Notes: generated by a model from the letters alone, not told the origin. Counted from the first letter of the stretch, positions 8,517-17,772 are shown. The stretch: DNA of 64,000 nt from a virus (IMGVR_UViG_3300043411_001314:32001-96000); one strand, 5' to 3'. A program made the numbers and translations.

Positions 8517-9841
8517 GCGGCGGGGCCCGAGAGACCCCGTGCAACCTTGACGCCGAAGAGTCGCTGCTCGGGGCAATGATGCTGTCCCGAGCAGCGATCG
8601 ACGTCGCCTCGGAGCGGCTCTCTCCAGATGACTTCTACAAGCCCGCGCACGGCCACATCTACGACGCGATCACGTCCCTCGCCGGCCGGGCCGATGCCGT
8701 CGACCCCATCACGGTGGCCGACCACCTGGAGCGGGCCGACCTCCTTGAAGCCGTCGGCGGGGCGTCCCGACTCCTGGAGCTCCAGGCCGGCACGCCGGCC
8801 ACGTCGAGCGCCGGCCGCTACGCCAAGATCATCGAGGACCACTCGATCCTCCGCCGTCTGGCCGGGGTGGCGGGTGAGATCTCCGAGATCGCCTACAGCT
8901 CCCCCGACGACGTGCCGAAGGCGATCGACCAGGCCGAGACACTGGTGTTCGAGATTGCCCAGCACCGCGACACCGACACCACCAGCGCCCTCCCCGAGCT
9001 TCTCGACGCCACACTCGACTCCCTGGAGGCGCTCGCTGAGCGGGGGGATGAGATCACCGGCACCCCAACCGGCTACACCGACTTCGACGAGCTCACCGCT
9101 GGGCTCCAACCGAACGCCCTCATCGTACTCGGGGCCCGCCCCGGCATGGGCAAGACCAGCTTCGCCCTCGGCATGGCCTCCCACGCCGCCCTCGACCACC
9201 AGCTACCGGTCCTGTTCTTCTCCCTGGAGATGTCCAGAGTCGAGCTCACCCAGCGACTGCTGTGTGCGCACGCCGGCGTCGACTCCGTGAAGCTCCGCAA
9301 CGGTCGCCTCAATGAGTCCGACTGGAAGCGGATCGGGACGTCGGTCGGCAAGCTCGGGGACTCCCGCCTGTGGATCGACGACAACGCTCACGCCAGTGTC
9401 ATGGAGATCCGGGCCAAGGCCCGCCGCCTGCAGTCCAAGGTGGGCCAGCTGGGCATGATCGTGGTCGACTACATCCAGCTGATGAGCGGCACCGGTAGGT
9501 TCGAGAACCGCCAGACCGAGGTGGCCGAGATCAGCCGTGGCCTCAAGATCCTGGCCCGCGAGCTGCAGTGTCCGGTGGTCGCCCTGGCCCAGCTGAACCG
9601 GGCCCTTGAGCAGCGAGCAGACAAGCGCCCCATGCTCGCCGACCTTCGCGAGTCGGGCAGCCTTGAGGCCGACGCCGACATCGTGGTGTTCCTCTACCGG
9701 GACGAGCTCTACGACAACCAGTCACCAGACCGAGGTACCGCCGAGGTGTTGGTGATGAAGCATCGGGCCGGCCCCACCGGTATGGTGCGTCTGGCGTTCC
9801 TGGAGCACTACACCAAGTTCGCCAACATGGCTAGACCCTGA
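8513..9841 (+). CDS. dnaB: replicative DNA helicase
   Basis: GARPGMGKT Walker A, FSLEM, IVVDYIQLM, LADLRESGSLEADAD. Confidence 0.97.
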   Translation: MSGGARETPCNLDAEESLLGAMMLSRAAIDVASERLSPDDFYKPAHGHIYDAITSLAGRADAVDPITVADHLERADLLEAVGGASRLLELQAGTPATSSAGRYAKIIEDHSILRRLAGVAGEISEIAYSSPDDVPKAIDQAETLVFEIAQHRDTDTTSALPELLDATLDSLEALAERGDEITGTPTGYTDFDELTAGLQPNALIVLGARPGMGKTSFALGMASHAALDHQLPVLFFSLEMSRVELTQRLLCAHAGVDSVKLRNGRLNESDWKRIGTSVGKLGDSRLWIDDNAHASVMEIRAKARRLQSKVGQLGMIVVDYIQLMSGTGRFENRQTEVAEISRGLKILARELQCPVVALAQLNRALEQRADKRPMLADLRESGSLEADADIVVFLYRDELYDNQSPDRGTAEVLVMKHRAGPTGMVRLAFLEHYTKFANMARP

Positions 9842-9843
9842 GG

Positions 9844-10761
9844 TCAGGTCACTCGGAAGAACCCGAAGGTCGCTTCTGTGTTGATGGAGTTCGTCGTATC
9901 CTGGCTGCACGCCAGGCCCATGTGGGTCGGCGTGAACCCGGGGTTGAAGGTGACGAGCTCAACCCACACGTAGCCATCGTCCGAGTAGTAGGCCGTGGCG
10001 CTCGACGCCGACGCGACGGTGACTCGGCCGTACTTGGCATCGCCGCGCCCAGCATGAGAACCGGGGCTGGTGTAGAACGCCCCAGCGTAGGACTGGTTGC
10101 CCACCCACCACTTCTGTAGGCCGTCCCATACTTGGCCGACATACCAGACGGACGACCCGGAGGTGAGGCCGTTGGACAGGATGATCCCGCCGTTCCGGTG
10201 GTAGTTCACGGGGGCTCCGCGGGAGGCGAGCTGGAAGGTGATGGTGTACGGGAAAGAGCCGGGCGGGGCCTGGACTACCCCGATGAGGTTGTTGTTCGTG
10301 CCGACGCCCTTCAGGTGTAGGCACCCGGAAACGAACGAGTTGGTGTCCTTCGTGGTGGCAGCTGTTGGGGTGTCAGACCAGGTGACCGTCGACCACCCGT
10401 CGAACTCGTCGTCGTAGGCGGACGGCGAAGACGGTGGAGCCGGCTCGTGGAGGTGGGAGACCTCGAAGTCGGCGGCAGTGGGAGCATGGACCCAGGCGAC
10501 CGCCGAGGCGTGAGCCGCAGCGGTGGTTCCCTCCCTGCCCCGCACTACCGTCGCGGTGGTCGCTGCCGTGGAGTGGGCGGTGATGTGCACGATCTCTCGT
10601 GCCCCGCCGGCGCCTGGGTCGAGGGTGATGGCGATCACCTTCCCAGACCCACCAACGACCTCCGGGAACCCAGCGAACTCGGCGGAGGTCAGTGAGGTGG
10701 TCGAGTCGGACGCCGAGGAACTCAGCGTGCCCTGCATGAAATCAAATCGGAGCCGAGGCAT
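9844..10761 (-). CDS. tail fibre / receptor-binding protein
   Basis: EIVHITAH...TVVRGREGT..AAH N-terminal fibre motif; DDEFDG then lectin-like beta domain. Confidence 0.65.
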   Translation of the reverse strand: MPRLRFDFMQGTLSSSASDSTTSLTSAEFAGFPEVVGGSGKVIAITLDPGAGGAREIVHITAHSTAATTATVVRGREGTTAAAHASAVAWVHAPTAADFEVSHLHEPAPPSSPSAYDDEFDGWSTVTWSDTPTAATTKDTNSFVSGCLHLKGVGTNNNLIGVVQAPPGSFPYTITFQLASRGAPVNYHRNGGIILSNGLTSGSSVWYVGQVWDGLQKWWVGNQSYAGAFYTSPGSHAGRGDAKYGRVTVASASSATAYYSDDGYVWVELVTFNPGFTPTHMGLACSQDTTNSINTEATFGFFRVT

Positions 10762-10774
10762 GGTGTTCCTTTGG

Positions 10775-10984
10775 TCAGGCGAGGCGGACGTAGCCGGTGG
10801 CGACGGTGTACACGTCGAAGAGTGCTGGGCAGTCGGTGCGGCGGATGGCGGCGGTGAGTGAGGCGATCACGTCGAGCAGCCGGGCGATCAGATCCCGCGA
10901 CTCGGGGTGCGTGCGGGCGTGCGCCCGGGCGTGGGTGTCGAGCACGGCGAGCGGTGCGTGAGCGTCGAGCGGGTGGACCATCAC
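10775..10984 (-). CDS. hypothetical protein
   Basis: 69 aa; shares HPESRDLI motif with 15169..16599. Confidence 0.5.
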   Translation of the reverse strand: MMVHPLDAHAPLAVLDTHARAHARTHPESRDLIARLLDVIASLTAAIRRTDCPALFDVYTVATGYVRLA

Positions 10985-10989
10985 GCCCC

Positions 10990-11328
10990 CTAGGTGTCGC
11001 TGGTGTCGGTGAGGTCGCGGAGTAGGCGGCGGATCAGCGCCGTGGTCTGGCGGGTGAGCCGTGCGACCTGGGCGCGTTGCTGCGCCGCGGTCGGCGTGTC
11101 GATCGCCAGGTACGTGCGGTTGGCGTCGAGCGCCCGACGGAGCCGGTCCTCGATGGTGCGCTGGTTGCGGTCGGCGGGTGACTCGACGGGCAACCCGGTG
11201 ACCTGCTCGGTGGACGTGACGTTGCCGTCGGCGTCGTAGACGGTGCGGGTGCCGGTGCCGTCGCCGTTGTCGGTCACCTGCTCGATGATGTTCCCATTGC
11301 CGTCCTCGTGGGTGAAGTAGACGGACAT
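10990..11328 (-). CDS. putative tail-fibre accessory/chaperone
   Basis: Directly after fibre gene; C-terminal ALDANRTYLAI.TPT.AQ..AQV..LTRQ motif. Confidence 0.55.
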   Translation of the reverse strand: MSVYFTHEDGNGNIIEQVTDNGDGTGTRTVYDADGNVTSTEQVTGLPVESPADRNQRTIEDRLRRALDANRTYLAIDTPTAAQQRAQVARLTRQTTALIRRLLRDLTDTSDT

Positions 11329-11333
11329 TGCGG

Positions 11334-12737
11334 TCACGCTCCTCTCAGGGCCAGCCAGGGGCCGAAGTCCGACCACGACGTCGCCGGGCACGTGGCGGGC
11401 ATCGCCCCAGTAGTGACACCCGTCGCGGTGCGGGTGATGTTGTTGCGGGTGATGTTCGATCCCATCGTGTTGGGGGTCCATGGCGGATCGACCACGAAGC
11501 TCCCGCCGCCGCCGCCGACGCAGTGGACGGTCGGCGCCGTCGTGAGCGCATCGAGCAGGACCCCCGCCCAGTACAGGGTGGGGACCGTCGGCGACACCGA
11601 CGCAGCGACAGTGCGGTACCCGGTCGTCGTCGACATATTGAGGGTGCCGAGATCGGCGATCAGTGCCAGCCCGTCAGGGAGCAGGGTGGTTGGGTCCGAC
11701 GGGTACAGCCCGAACCGCCACGTCGAAGTCCCCACCACCGTCTGGTTCAGGGCGAGGGCGTCGTAGCTGCCAGGCTCGACGAACACCGGGACGAGAGCCA
11801 TCCGCCCGGTGACAATCATGAAGTGGTAGGTGGCGTTCGCCGCGCGGGTCTGGAGCCCGTGGTACTGGCCGGACTGTGCGGGCAGGATCAAGCCGGGCCT
11901 GCCCCACGTCTGATCGCCTCGCAGGAACGTGGCCGACGACGCCGTACCCGACCCGAGGCGTGCGGTGGCGACGGTGCCCGACGAGATATCTGCGGCCCCG
12001 TGAACGTGGCTCGTCGGGGTGCGGGCATCGGACAGCCGCGAGTCGTTGCCCTGCGCTGCGGTGCCCGCCGTGGTGCCGTAGGAGACGGCCAGGGTGCGGT
12101 TGGCCGACAGGTCCCCACCACCGGTGAGCCCGGTCCCGGCAGAGATCGTGCGAGAGGTTGGGGCGGCGCCCACGTCGGCGGCGTCGAGCACCACCGCGCC
12201 CGTCTCGCCGTTCACCGAATCGACCGCACCACCACCGGCGCCGATCGGCCCCACTTCCGCGCCAGCCTCGTCGCGGACATACAGCCCGTCGGTGCGGGCG
12301 ACGAGGCGCTGCGACCCCGCTGCGGGGTTGGTCACGTCCGCGGTCTCGGGGAGGTCCACGAACCCGTTGGCGGTGAGTGTCACGATCGTCCCGGTCGACC
12401 CGACCCCCACGACATCAGACAGGTCGACCGCCCCGCCGGCGGGAGCCTCGATGTCATACACCGGGTACTCCACCCCGCCGATCACCTCGAGCACCTGGTA
12501 CGTCCAGTTGACCGGGACCACGTCGGGGTCGTCCGTGGCGGGAAGGCTGATGCTGATCGCGCCGTCCTCAAGCCACACCCGTCGAGCGGTGGGGAGTACG
12601 ATGGCATCGGACGTCGTGGTGATGCGAGTGGCGCGCGGTGTAAACACCACATACCCACTACCCGGGTCTCCGGTGGCGATGTCCACCCAAGTCCCAGTGA
12701 CGGTGCAGGTTTGGTAATCAACGGGGAGAGGCATCAA
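11334..12737 (-). CDS. tail fibre protein
   Basis: VDSVNGETGAVVL.AADVGA, AGTGLTGGGDLSANRT, GNDSRLSDAR, ARLGSGTASSATFLRGDQTW fibre motifs. Confidence 0.8.
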   Translation of the reverse strand: MMPLPVDYQTCTVTGTWVDIATGDPGSGYVVFTPRATRITTTSDAIVLPTARRVWLEDGAISISLPATDDPDVVPVNWTYQVLEVIGGVEYPVYDIEAPAGGAVDLSDVVGVGSTGTIVTLTANGFVDLPETADVTNPAAGSQRLVARTDGLYVRDEAGAEVGPIGAGGGAVDSVNGETGAVVLDAADVGAAPTSRTISAGTGLTGGGDLSANRTLAVSYGTTAGTAAQGNDSRLSDARTPTSHVHGAADISSGTVATARLGSGTASSATFLRGDQTWGRPGLILPAQSGQYHGLQTRAANATYHFMIVTGRMALVPVFVEPGSYDALALNQTVVGTSTWRFGLYPSDPTTLLPDGLALIADLGTLNMSTTTGYRTVAASVSPTVPTLYWAGVLLDALTTAPTVHCVGGGGGSFVVDPPWTPNTMGSNITRNNITRTATGVTTGAMPATCPATSWSDFGPWLALRGA

Positions 12738-13060
12738 ACAATCACGATCGTCTTGTCGGCTTTCAGGCTGATGTCTTGGAACTCCCAGGAGTCCAATCCA
12801 CCCGGGCCCAGGAACGTAGCCTTCACTCTGTAGGACCCAGCTTCACACCCGGTTGTGTCCCAGTTGTATCGCCAGACCTCATGGTTGTCGTCCCATGTCA
12901 ACGGTTCATCCTCCACGGTGTAGACGGTCCCGGTTTTGAGCCATACAGAGATGGTCGCGTCCGTCACATCAGCGGGGACCAACGGGGACGACAAGGTTGG
13001 GGATCTGTCGTAGCTGGCCGCCACGGCGATCCGAGCGATCTCACCCACGTATACGGTCAT
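12734..13060 (-). CDS. BppU/Ig-like virion accessory protein
   Basis: MTVYVGE...WRYNWDTTG..AGSYRV; start overlaps upstream stop. Confidence 0.5.
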   Translation of the reverse strand: MTVYVGEIARIAVAASYDRSPTLSSPLVPADVTDATISVWLKTGTVYTVEDEPLTWDDNHEVWRYNWDTTGCEAGSYRVKATFLGPGGLDSWEFQDISLKADKTIVIV

Positions 13061-13647
13061 CAGGAGGTCCTTGTCGCTACAGAGTCTTGGAGGGTGATGG
13101 TTGCGGTCATGTCTAGGGTGGAGATGGACACTGCCATGTCGAGGAGGGAGAAGGAGACGGCGTCGTCCATGACGGAGATGGTGATCGTGACCGGCCTGAT
13201 GGTGGCGGCGATTGCCTCCCAAACCCCGCTCCCTTGGCCGACGAACGCAAAGCCGCCCGTCCCGGCGCCAACCCGCGACGCGGCCGAGGTTGCCCAGCCT
13301 GGGAGCAGGAACCCGCCGTAGCCAGAACCGGACCTACTGGTGGCCGAGAAGCCGACGCCAACAAGCAGGGCCCCGCCGACACCGGCGCCAGTCCTAGTGG
13401 TGGCCGAGGTTGCCCAGCCTGGGAGCAGGAACCCGCCGACACCGGCGCCAGTCCTAGTGGTGGTGCCGGTGGCCGACCCGACGACATGGATGAGCGAGCT
13501 CGAGGAGCCGCCGGCGGACTTGGTCCCCCCGGTGGTCCCGATCGCGACGATGAACCCGGCAGCGGATGCCCCATACGACGGAGGCGTGGAGCCGGAGTGA
13601 GTTTCGCCGTAGACCTGTTCGCCGTAGATTTCCTGCCCATAGGCCAC
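13060..13647 (-). CDS. Gly/Thr-rich repeat virion protein
   Basis: About 20-aa repeats RTGAGVGGFLLPGWATSATT. Confidence 0.55.
   Translation of the reverse strand: MAYGQEIYGEQVYGETHSGSTPPSYGASAAGFIVAIGTTGGTKSAGGSSSSLIHVVGSATGTTTRTGAGVGGFLLPGWATSATTRTGAGVGGALLVGVGFSATSRSGSGYGGFLLPGWATSAASRVGAGTGGFAFVGQGSGVWEAIAATIRPVTITISVMDDAVSFSLLDMAVSISTLDMTATITLQDSVATRTS
13282..13463. repeat. intragenic direct repeats (60-bp period)
   Basis: GGCCGAGGTTGCCCAGCCTGGGAGCAGGAACCCGCCG at 13282 and 13402; CCGCCGACACCGGCGCCAGTCCTAGTGGT at 13373 and 13433. Confidence 0.85.
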
Positions 13648-13655
13648 GGTTCACC

Positions 13656-14261
13656 TCAAGGAATCGCGACACTGATGGACGAAATCGTGTAGGTGCCCTG
13701 GCCGCCATAGGTCTCAAACGTGGCCTCCTGGACGGCCGCTCGCCCGGCAGCGGAGATGGTGATGGCCGCCCCACCAGAGGAGGCCGCCAGCTTGAAGGTG
13801 TCGCCAGAGACATCCCGCACCCAATACGTGGATCCCTCGGTTGTGCCTGTCGGCAGGGCCCCGTAGGTCTTCAACACCACGACGCTGTCGCCGTCGGAGA
13901 ACGTGTGCCCCGGGGCGGTGAAGGCGCCGCTCGTGGCGGCGGTCGCCAGTTGCGGGTCGCCAACGGGGCCCAGTGGGATGGAGCCCAGGAACGTGCCGGC
14001 CGTGATGGCGGACCAGAACCCGGCGAAGCCGACCGTCGCCCCGGCCGGCACGTCGAAGGCTGCGGGGGCGACGCTGGTGGTGAGGACGCCTGATGCGGCG
14101 GCGCCCCAGGTTACGGCCTTGCGGGCGTAGGCGGGGCTCCCACCAGTGAGTTCGCTGGTCCCACCCGTCCCGGGGAAGGCGGAGTGCAGGCTGATGTGGG
14201 TGATGTTGGATGCGAGCTCGTTGAGCGTCAGGTTCCTCGCGGCATCAACAAGATCGGTCAC
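13656..14261 (-). CDS. virion structural protein (tail-fibre associated)
   Basis: ISLHSA.PGT.G.SELTGGS..YARKAVTW...GFWSA.TAGTFLG motif. Confidence 0.7.
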   Translation of the reverse strand: MTDLVDAARNLTLNELASNITHISLHSAFPGTGGTSELTGGSPAYARKAVTWGAAASGVLTTSVAPAAFDVPAGATVGFAGFWSAITAGTFLGSIPLGPVGDPQLATAATSGAFTAPGHTFSDGDSVVVLKTYGALPTGTTEGSTYWVRDVSGDTFKLAASSGGAAITISAAGRAAVQEATFETYGGQGTYTISSISVAIP

Positions 14262-14295
14262 GGTGGTCCCCTGGGTGGTCGTCGCGTCTTAGGTG

Positions 14296-14323
14296 TTATC
14301 GGCCCTCGGCCAGGATGGATTCA
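14296..14323 (-). promoter_or_regulatory. putative late promoter (sigma28/WhiG-like)
   Basis: Minus strand TGAA-N16-GCCGATAA upstream of fibre operon. Confidence 0.6.
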
Positions 14324-14544
14324 CCTGGGTCGGCGATGGTGTAGGAGTTGGACCTGGCGTTCCGCGTGAGCCGGCCGGCGTCCTCGAGTTGCTGGAAGAG
14401 CTGGGTGATCCGTTGCCGCGACAGCAGGAGGTCGGCGGCGATGTCGGCCTGCTTCATGCGGAGGATCCCCCCGGTGGAGTAGACCCAGAGAAGCTCGTGG
14501 AGGTCCTCGAGGCTGATCGCCCCGCCGGTATGTTGATTGGGCAT
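14296..14544 (-). CDS. winged-HTH DNA-binding protein
   Basis: QADIAADLLLSRQRITQLFQQLEDAGRL. Confidence 0.65.
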   Translation of the reverse strand: MPNQHTGGAISLEDLHELLWVYSTGGILRMKQADIAADLLLSRQRITQLFQQLEDAGRLTRNARSNSYTIADPGESILAEGR

Positions 14545-14553
14545 GCCCGCCCC

Positions 14554-14582
14554 TTGATTGGAATCAGGGAATCAGATACGGT
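14554..14582 (+). promoter_or_regulatory. sigma70-type promoter, leaderless
   Basis: TTGATT-N17-TACGGT-N6-ATG(14589). Confidence 0.55.
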
Positions 14583-14588
14583 GGGGGC

Positions 14589-14858
14589 ATGCGCTCAGCA
14601 ACCCTCATCACCGAACGGTACACCCAGACGAGGCCGGCCATGAGATGCCCCCTCTGCTCTCGGGCCATCCGCGTCGGCCAGTACACCCTCCGCCTGAAGA
14701 CCGGCGCCCGATGGGACACCAACGTCCACGCTTCCTGCCTGAAGGAGTGGGTGGTCGGTGTCCCGGAGGACGAGACACCACCCTTGGCGGTGGAGGCCGA
14801 GTTCCAGCGGATCAGGCGCGAGCTCGTCGGGTTCTGCTCAGGAGGGGATGGCCGATGA
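14589..14858 (+). CDS. small Zn-finger protein
   Basis: CPLC...HASC. Confidence 0.6.
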   Translation: MRSATLITERYTQTRPAMRCPLCSRAIRVGQYTLRLKTGARWDTNVHASCLKEWVVGVPEDETPPLAVEAEFQRIRRELVGFCSGGDGR

Positions 14859-15172
14859 ACGAGGTACCGACCTACACACCCCCCGAGGGTGTGCACGGCC
14901 CGACACTGGGCCGCGACCTGCCCGACGGGTGCGAGCGGAAGCCTGCCGGGTCCCCCACGGCGAGGTGGCTGTGTGGTGCGGCTCCCGCGGCGTACAGGGA
15001 CACCCTCTTCTGGTGGCGCTTCCCGCCGTTCGAGCCGGGCGACCGGGTGCAGCTCACCGGGACGGTGGGGGAGACGGACGACGGATGGCACGTCGTCGTC
15101 CTCGACGGCGACAACGACGATTCCACGCGGTGGTTCCCCACCGCCGCCCTCACCCGTGTGGTGACCCCGTGA
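14855..15172 (+). CDS. hypothetical protein with SH3-like C-terminus
   Basis: FEPGDRVQLTGTV...WFPTAALTRV; ATGA/GTGA coupling. Confidence 0.55.
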   Translation: MNEVPTYTPPEGVHGPTLGRDLPDGCERKPAGSPTARWLCGAAPAAYRDTLFWWRFPPFEPGDRVQLTGTVGETDDGWHVVVLDGDNDDSTRWFPTAALTRVVTP

Positions 15173-16599
15173 CCGCCCCGGAGTGGCGTGACTGCGCCGA
15201 CCCCGACGAGTTGGCCGCAGCGGTCGCCGCAGGGGTTGAGGTGTTGTTGGTCGTCCAGTCCTTCGATCCCCGGCCGACCAACTGTGTGACGGATACGGAG
15301 TTCGCTGACAACATGAATGTGGGCGCCGCCTATCGCGTCCCCACCGCGTGGACGTACCTCGGGACGTTCCCGAGGCGCCCGGAGCCCCCCGCCCCCGACG
15401 ACACCACGGAGCCACCGTGCCAGAAGTGCGGTCACTACGAGCCAGACGTCGTGGTCCCGTCGCCGCTGTGGAACTACGTCATGCGGGGCAACGACATCGA
15501 CGGCCCGGCGCTCTATGGCGATCTGGTGTGTGCTCGGTGCTTCATCGGGCTTGCGGTCGAGGCCGGGGTGGAGCACGGCTGGCGGCTCACAACCACCGCC
15601 ATGCCTGAGGGTCTGGTCTACGAAACGCCGTCGGGCCGCGTGTGGGACCACTCCGCATGGATGTGGGTGGAACCCCCCGCCACCGACAACCTCGCGGCCC
15701 GTGCCCGCCGACACGCCGACACGCACCCCGAGAGCCGGGACCTGATCGAGGAGTTGCTGGGGGCGTGGGACCAGCTTGCCGACCGTGCGGCCGAGGCCCA
15801 GGCGGCGGCATGGGACCAGCGGCTCAACTGGACGGGTAAATGGCCCACACCCCCGGACGGATGCGAGGCGGTGTTCCTGCCGACCGACGTGGTGGACCAC
15901 TACGTCAGCGCCGAGCCACCCTCCGGGCGGTGGGAGCGACAAGCGTCCTTCGTGGTCGACGCCTGCCGCGAGGCGCAGGCCCGCCGTGGCACCACCCCCA
16001 CCACCCCAGGCGGCGACCCGCGGGACGCCGTGCGCTTGCTCGACCTGGCGTGGGGTGTGATCGCCAACGCCGACGGGTGGGACGACGACACCTCATGGCG
16101 GCAGGCGGCTGAGCGGTGGCGCGACGGGTACCACCGGTTCCTCGACGCACTGCGCGAGGAACCCACCGCGCCCCCGGCCCCCACCCCGCCCCCCGCCCCG
16201 CCGTGGCCGGGTGTGGTGCTGTCCGGTCTCTGCGACGAGGACGGGCAGCCGACGTGGCTCGCCCTGGCTGGGGACGTGCGCGGCGAGCAGGCTCGGCAGT
16301 ACCGGGATGATGAGTGGTGCGGGTCCTACAACGAGACGGACGAGTGGTCCGAAACCGCGTGGGTGGAGGTGCGTGCTCCCCGGGCCGTGCCGGAGCCCGA
16401 GACGGAGCGGGTGCCGGTGCTCGACGCCATCCGCGACCGGATCGAGCTGACGCACCCCGAAGGCGAGTTCCTGGCGGTCGGGGTGGAGTTGCGCGAGGAC
16501 GGCGACCTCGTGGCCATCGAGCAACAGGAACCGTGGGGCAAGGCCCAGCCCGTCGCCCCCGATGGCACCGTTGAGGTGCTGAGGGACGGCGGGCGGTGA
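15169..16599 (+). CDS. multi-module (polyvalent) hypothetical protein
   Basis: 476 aa of short modules joined by Pro-rich linkers, including CQKC...CARC. Confidence 0.6.
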   Translation: MTAPEWRDCADPDELAAAVAAGVEVLLVVQSFDPRPTNCVTDTEFADNMNVGAAYRVPTAWTYLGTFPRRPEPPAPDDTTEPPCQKCGHYEPDVVVPSPLWNYVMRGNDIDGPALYGDLVCARCFIGLAVEAGVEHGWRLTTTAMPEGLVYETPSGRVWDHSAWMWVEPPATDNLAARARRHADTHPESRDLIEELLGAWDQLADRAAEAQAAAWDQRLNWTGKWPTPPDGCEAVFLPTDVVDHYVSAEPPSGRWERQASFVVDACREAQARRGTTPTTPGGDPRDAVRLLDLAWGVIANADGWDDDTSWRQAAERWRDGYHRFLDALREEPTAPPAPTPPPAPPWPGVVLSGLCDEDGQPTWLALAGDVRGEQARQYRDDEWCGSYNETDEWSETAWVEVRAPRAVPEPETERVPVLDAIRDRIELTHPEGEFLAVGVELREDGDLVAIEQQEPWGKAQPVAPDGTVEVLRDGGR

Positions 16600-16604
16600 G
16601 CGGC
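16553..16604 (+). repeat. 52-bp imperfect direct repeat (second copy 17446..17497)
   Basis: TCGCCCCCGATGGCAC.GT.GAGGTGCTGA.GGACGGCGGGC.GTGAGCGGC, 4 mismatches. Confidence 0.9.
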
Positions 16605-16826
16605 CCGCTTGACCTTGTGGTGCTTCTAGACCCCTGCGCCCCCCGCCCCGTGTACCACGCCATCGGCAACTACCGGGACCAGCACCCGGAGGGCCTGACC
16701 GTGGCGTGTGGCGCCATGTGGGCGCCGCGGAACCGGTGGGGCTTCATGGACTACGGCCTCTCGGCACGGCTGCGCCGGGAACACGCTCGGCTGTTCGCCC
16801 GGCCGTGCAAGCGGTGCTTCGGATGA
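16596..16826 (+). CDS. hypothetical protein
   Basis: YH...ACG...PCKRCF; coupled starts and stops. Confidence 0.6.
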   Translation: MSGPLDLVVLLDPCAPRPVYHAIGNYRDQHPEGLTVACGAMWAPRNRWGFMDYGLSARLRREHARLFARPCKRCFG

Positions 16827-16993
16827 CCCGTCAGACGTGGTGCCTCGCAGCACTCGCAGCGATGGCGGCGGCCGGGTGCTGGCACGCCGGCCGCACCGGT
16901 GAGGCCGTGTGGTCGGCGCTGTTCGGCCTGCTCGGCGGCGGGTTCCTGTTTCTGATCGGTTGGACATGGCATGACGAAGGAGTGAGCGAGTGA
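16823..16993 (+). CDS. small membrane protein
   Basis: MTRQTWCLAALAAMAAAG...two hydrophobic segments. Confidence 0.55.
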   Translation: MTRQTWCLAALAAMAAAGCWHAGRTGEAVWSALFGLLGGGFLFLIGWTWHDEGVSE

Positions 16994-17256
16994 AGGCAAC
17001 AACGACCTACCGAAAGGTGGGCACGCTGCGGTACGAGTGCGCCGGATGCGACAACACGGCCGAGGTCCCCGTGCGAGTGGAGATCTTCACCGAACCCATC
17101 GGCCCTACGTGGGTCAAGACGACCACGCGACTGCCGAAGCTCCCGGATCTCACGCCCGACGGGTGGATGGTGTCCGACCCATACACGCACCTGACGTACT
17201 GCCCAACGTGTTGGGCGCAGATCGACGCGGATGTGGCCGAGAAGGCGCAGGGATGA
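16990..17256 (+). CDS. Zn-binding hypothetical protein
   Basis: YECAGC...PDGW...YCPTC. Confidence 0.6.
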   Translation: MKATTTYRKVGTLRYECAGCDNTAEVPVRVEIFTEPIGPTWVKTTTRLPKLPDLTPDGWMVSDPYTHLTYCPTCWAQIDADVAEKAQG

Positions 17257-17492
17257 CCGCCGCCAGTCAGGGCGCAACGAATCGCCGCAAGGGCCACGAG
17301 ACGGAGCGGGTGCCCGCGTGGGAGGCGGTCAAGGATGGGCGTCGAGTCGTGGGAGCATCCGAGCCTTTCGAGGCGCACTACATCTGGCGAAGCGGTCCGG
17401 ACCGGGCGTTCATCGGGGAGCGGACGATGGATAGGGCGGTCCTGATCGCCCCCGATGGCACGGTCGAGGTGCTGAAGGACGGCGGGCAGTGA
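17253..17492 (+). CDS. chimeric hypothetical protein
   Basis: MTAASQGATNRRKGHETER fused to ETERVP...PDGTVEVL module paralogous to the end of 15169..16599. Confidence 0.55.
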   Translation: MTAASQGATNRRKGHETERVPAWEAVKDGRRVVGASEPFEAHYIWRSGPDRAFIGERTMDRAVLIAPDGTVEVLKDGGQ

Positions 17493-17689
17493 GCGGCGAC
17501 CTGAGCGTGCGGCTCACCCACCACGACCCCGGCGCCAACGTGCGCGTGGAGGTGGGCGAGGAGGGCACCGTCTGGCTGTGGCTCGTCACGGACGAGGACC
17601 AGCCCGCAGAGGACGCCACGTTGACCCCGGCCGAGGCGCGATCCCTGGCCGCTGCGCTGAACCACATCGCCACCGAGGCCACCCCGTGA
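17489..17689 (+). CDS. hypothetical protein
   Basis: LTPAEARSLAAAL motif common in small actinophage proteins. Confidence 0.6.
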   Translation: MSGDLSVRLTHHDPGANVRVEVGEEGTVWLWLVTDEDQPAEDATLTPAEARSLAAALNHIATEATP

Positions 17690-17772
17690 CCCGCCAGGCG
17701 TGGTGTCTGGCGGTGCTCGCGGTCGCGGCAGCGGCCTTGACCCGATCGGGTGGGGTGATACTGTATCAGTAG
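17686..17772 (+). pseudogene. truncated paralogue of 16823..16993
   Basis: VTRQAWCLAVLAVAAAA, then runs into a promoter-like TTGACC-N16-TACTGT. Confidence 0.5.

Noticed and set aside
13282-13463. Repeats as a mini-CRISPR or shufflon sites
   Set aside because: They are in-frame 60-bp-period coding repeats of a Gly/Thr-rich protein, and no invertase is nearby
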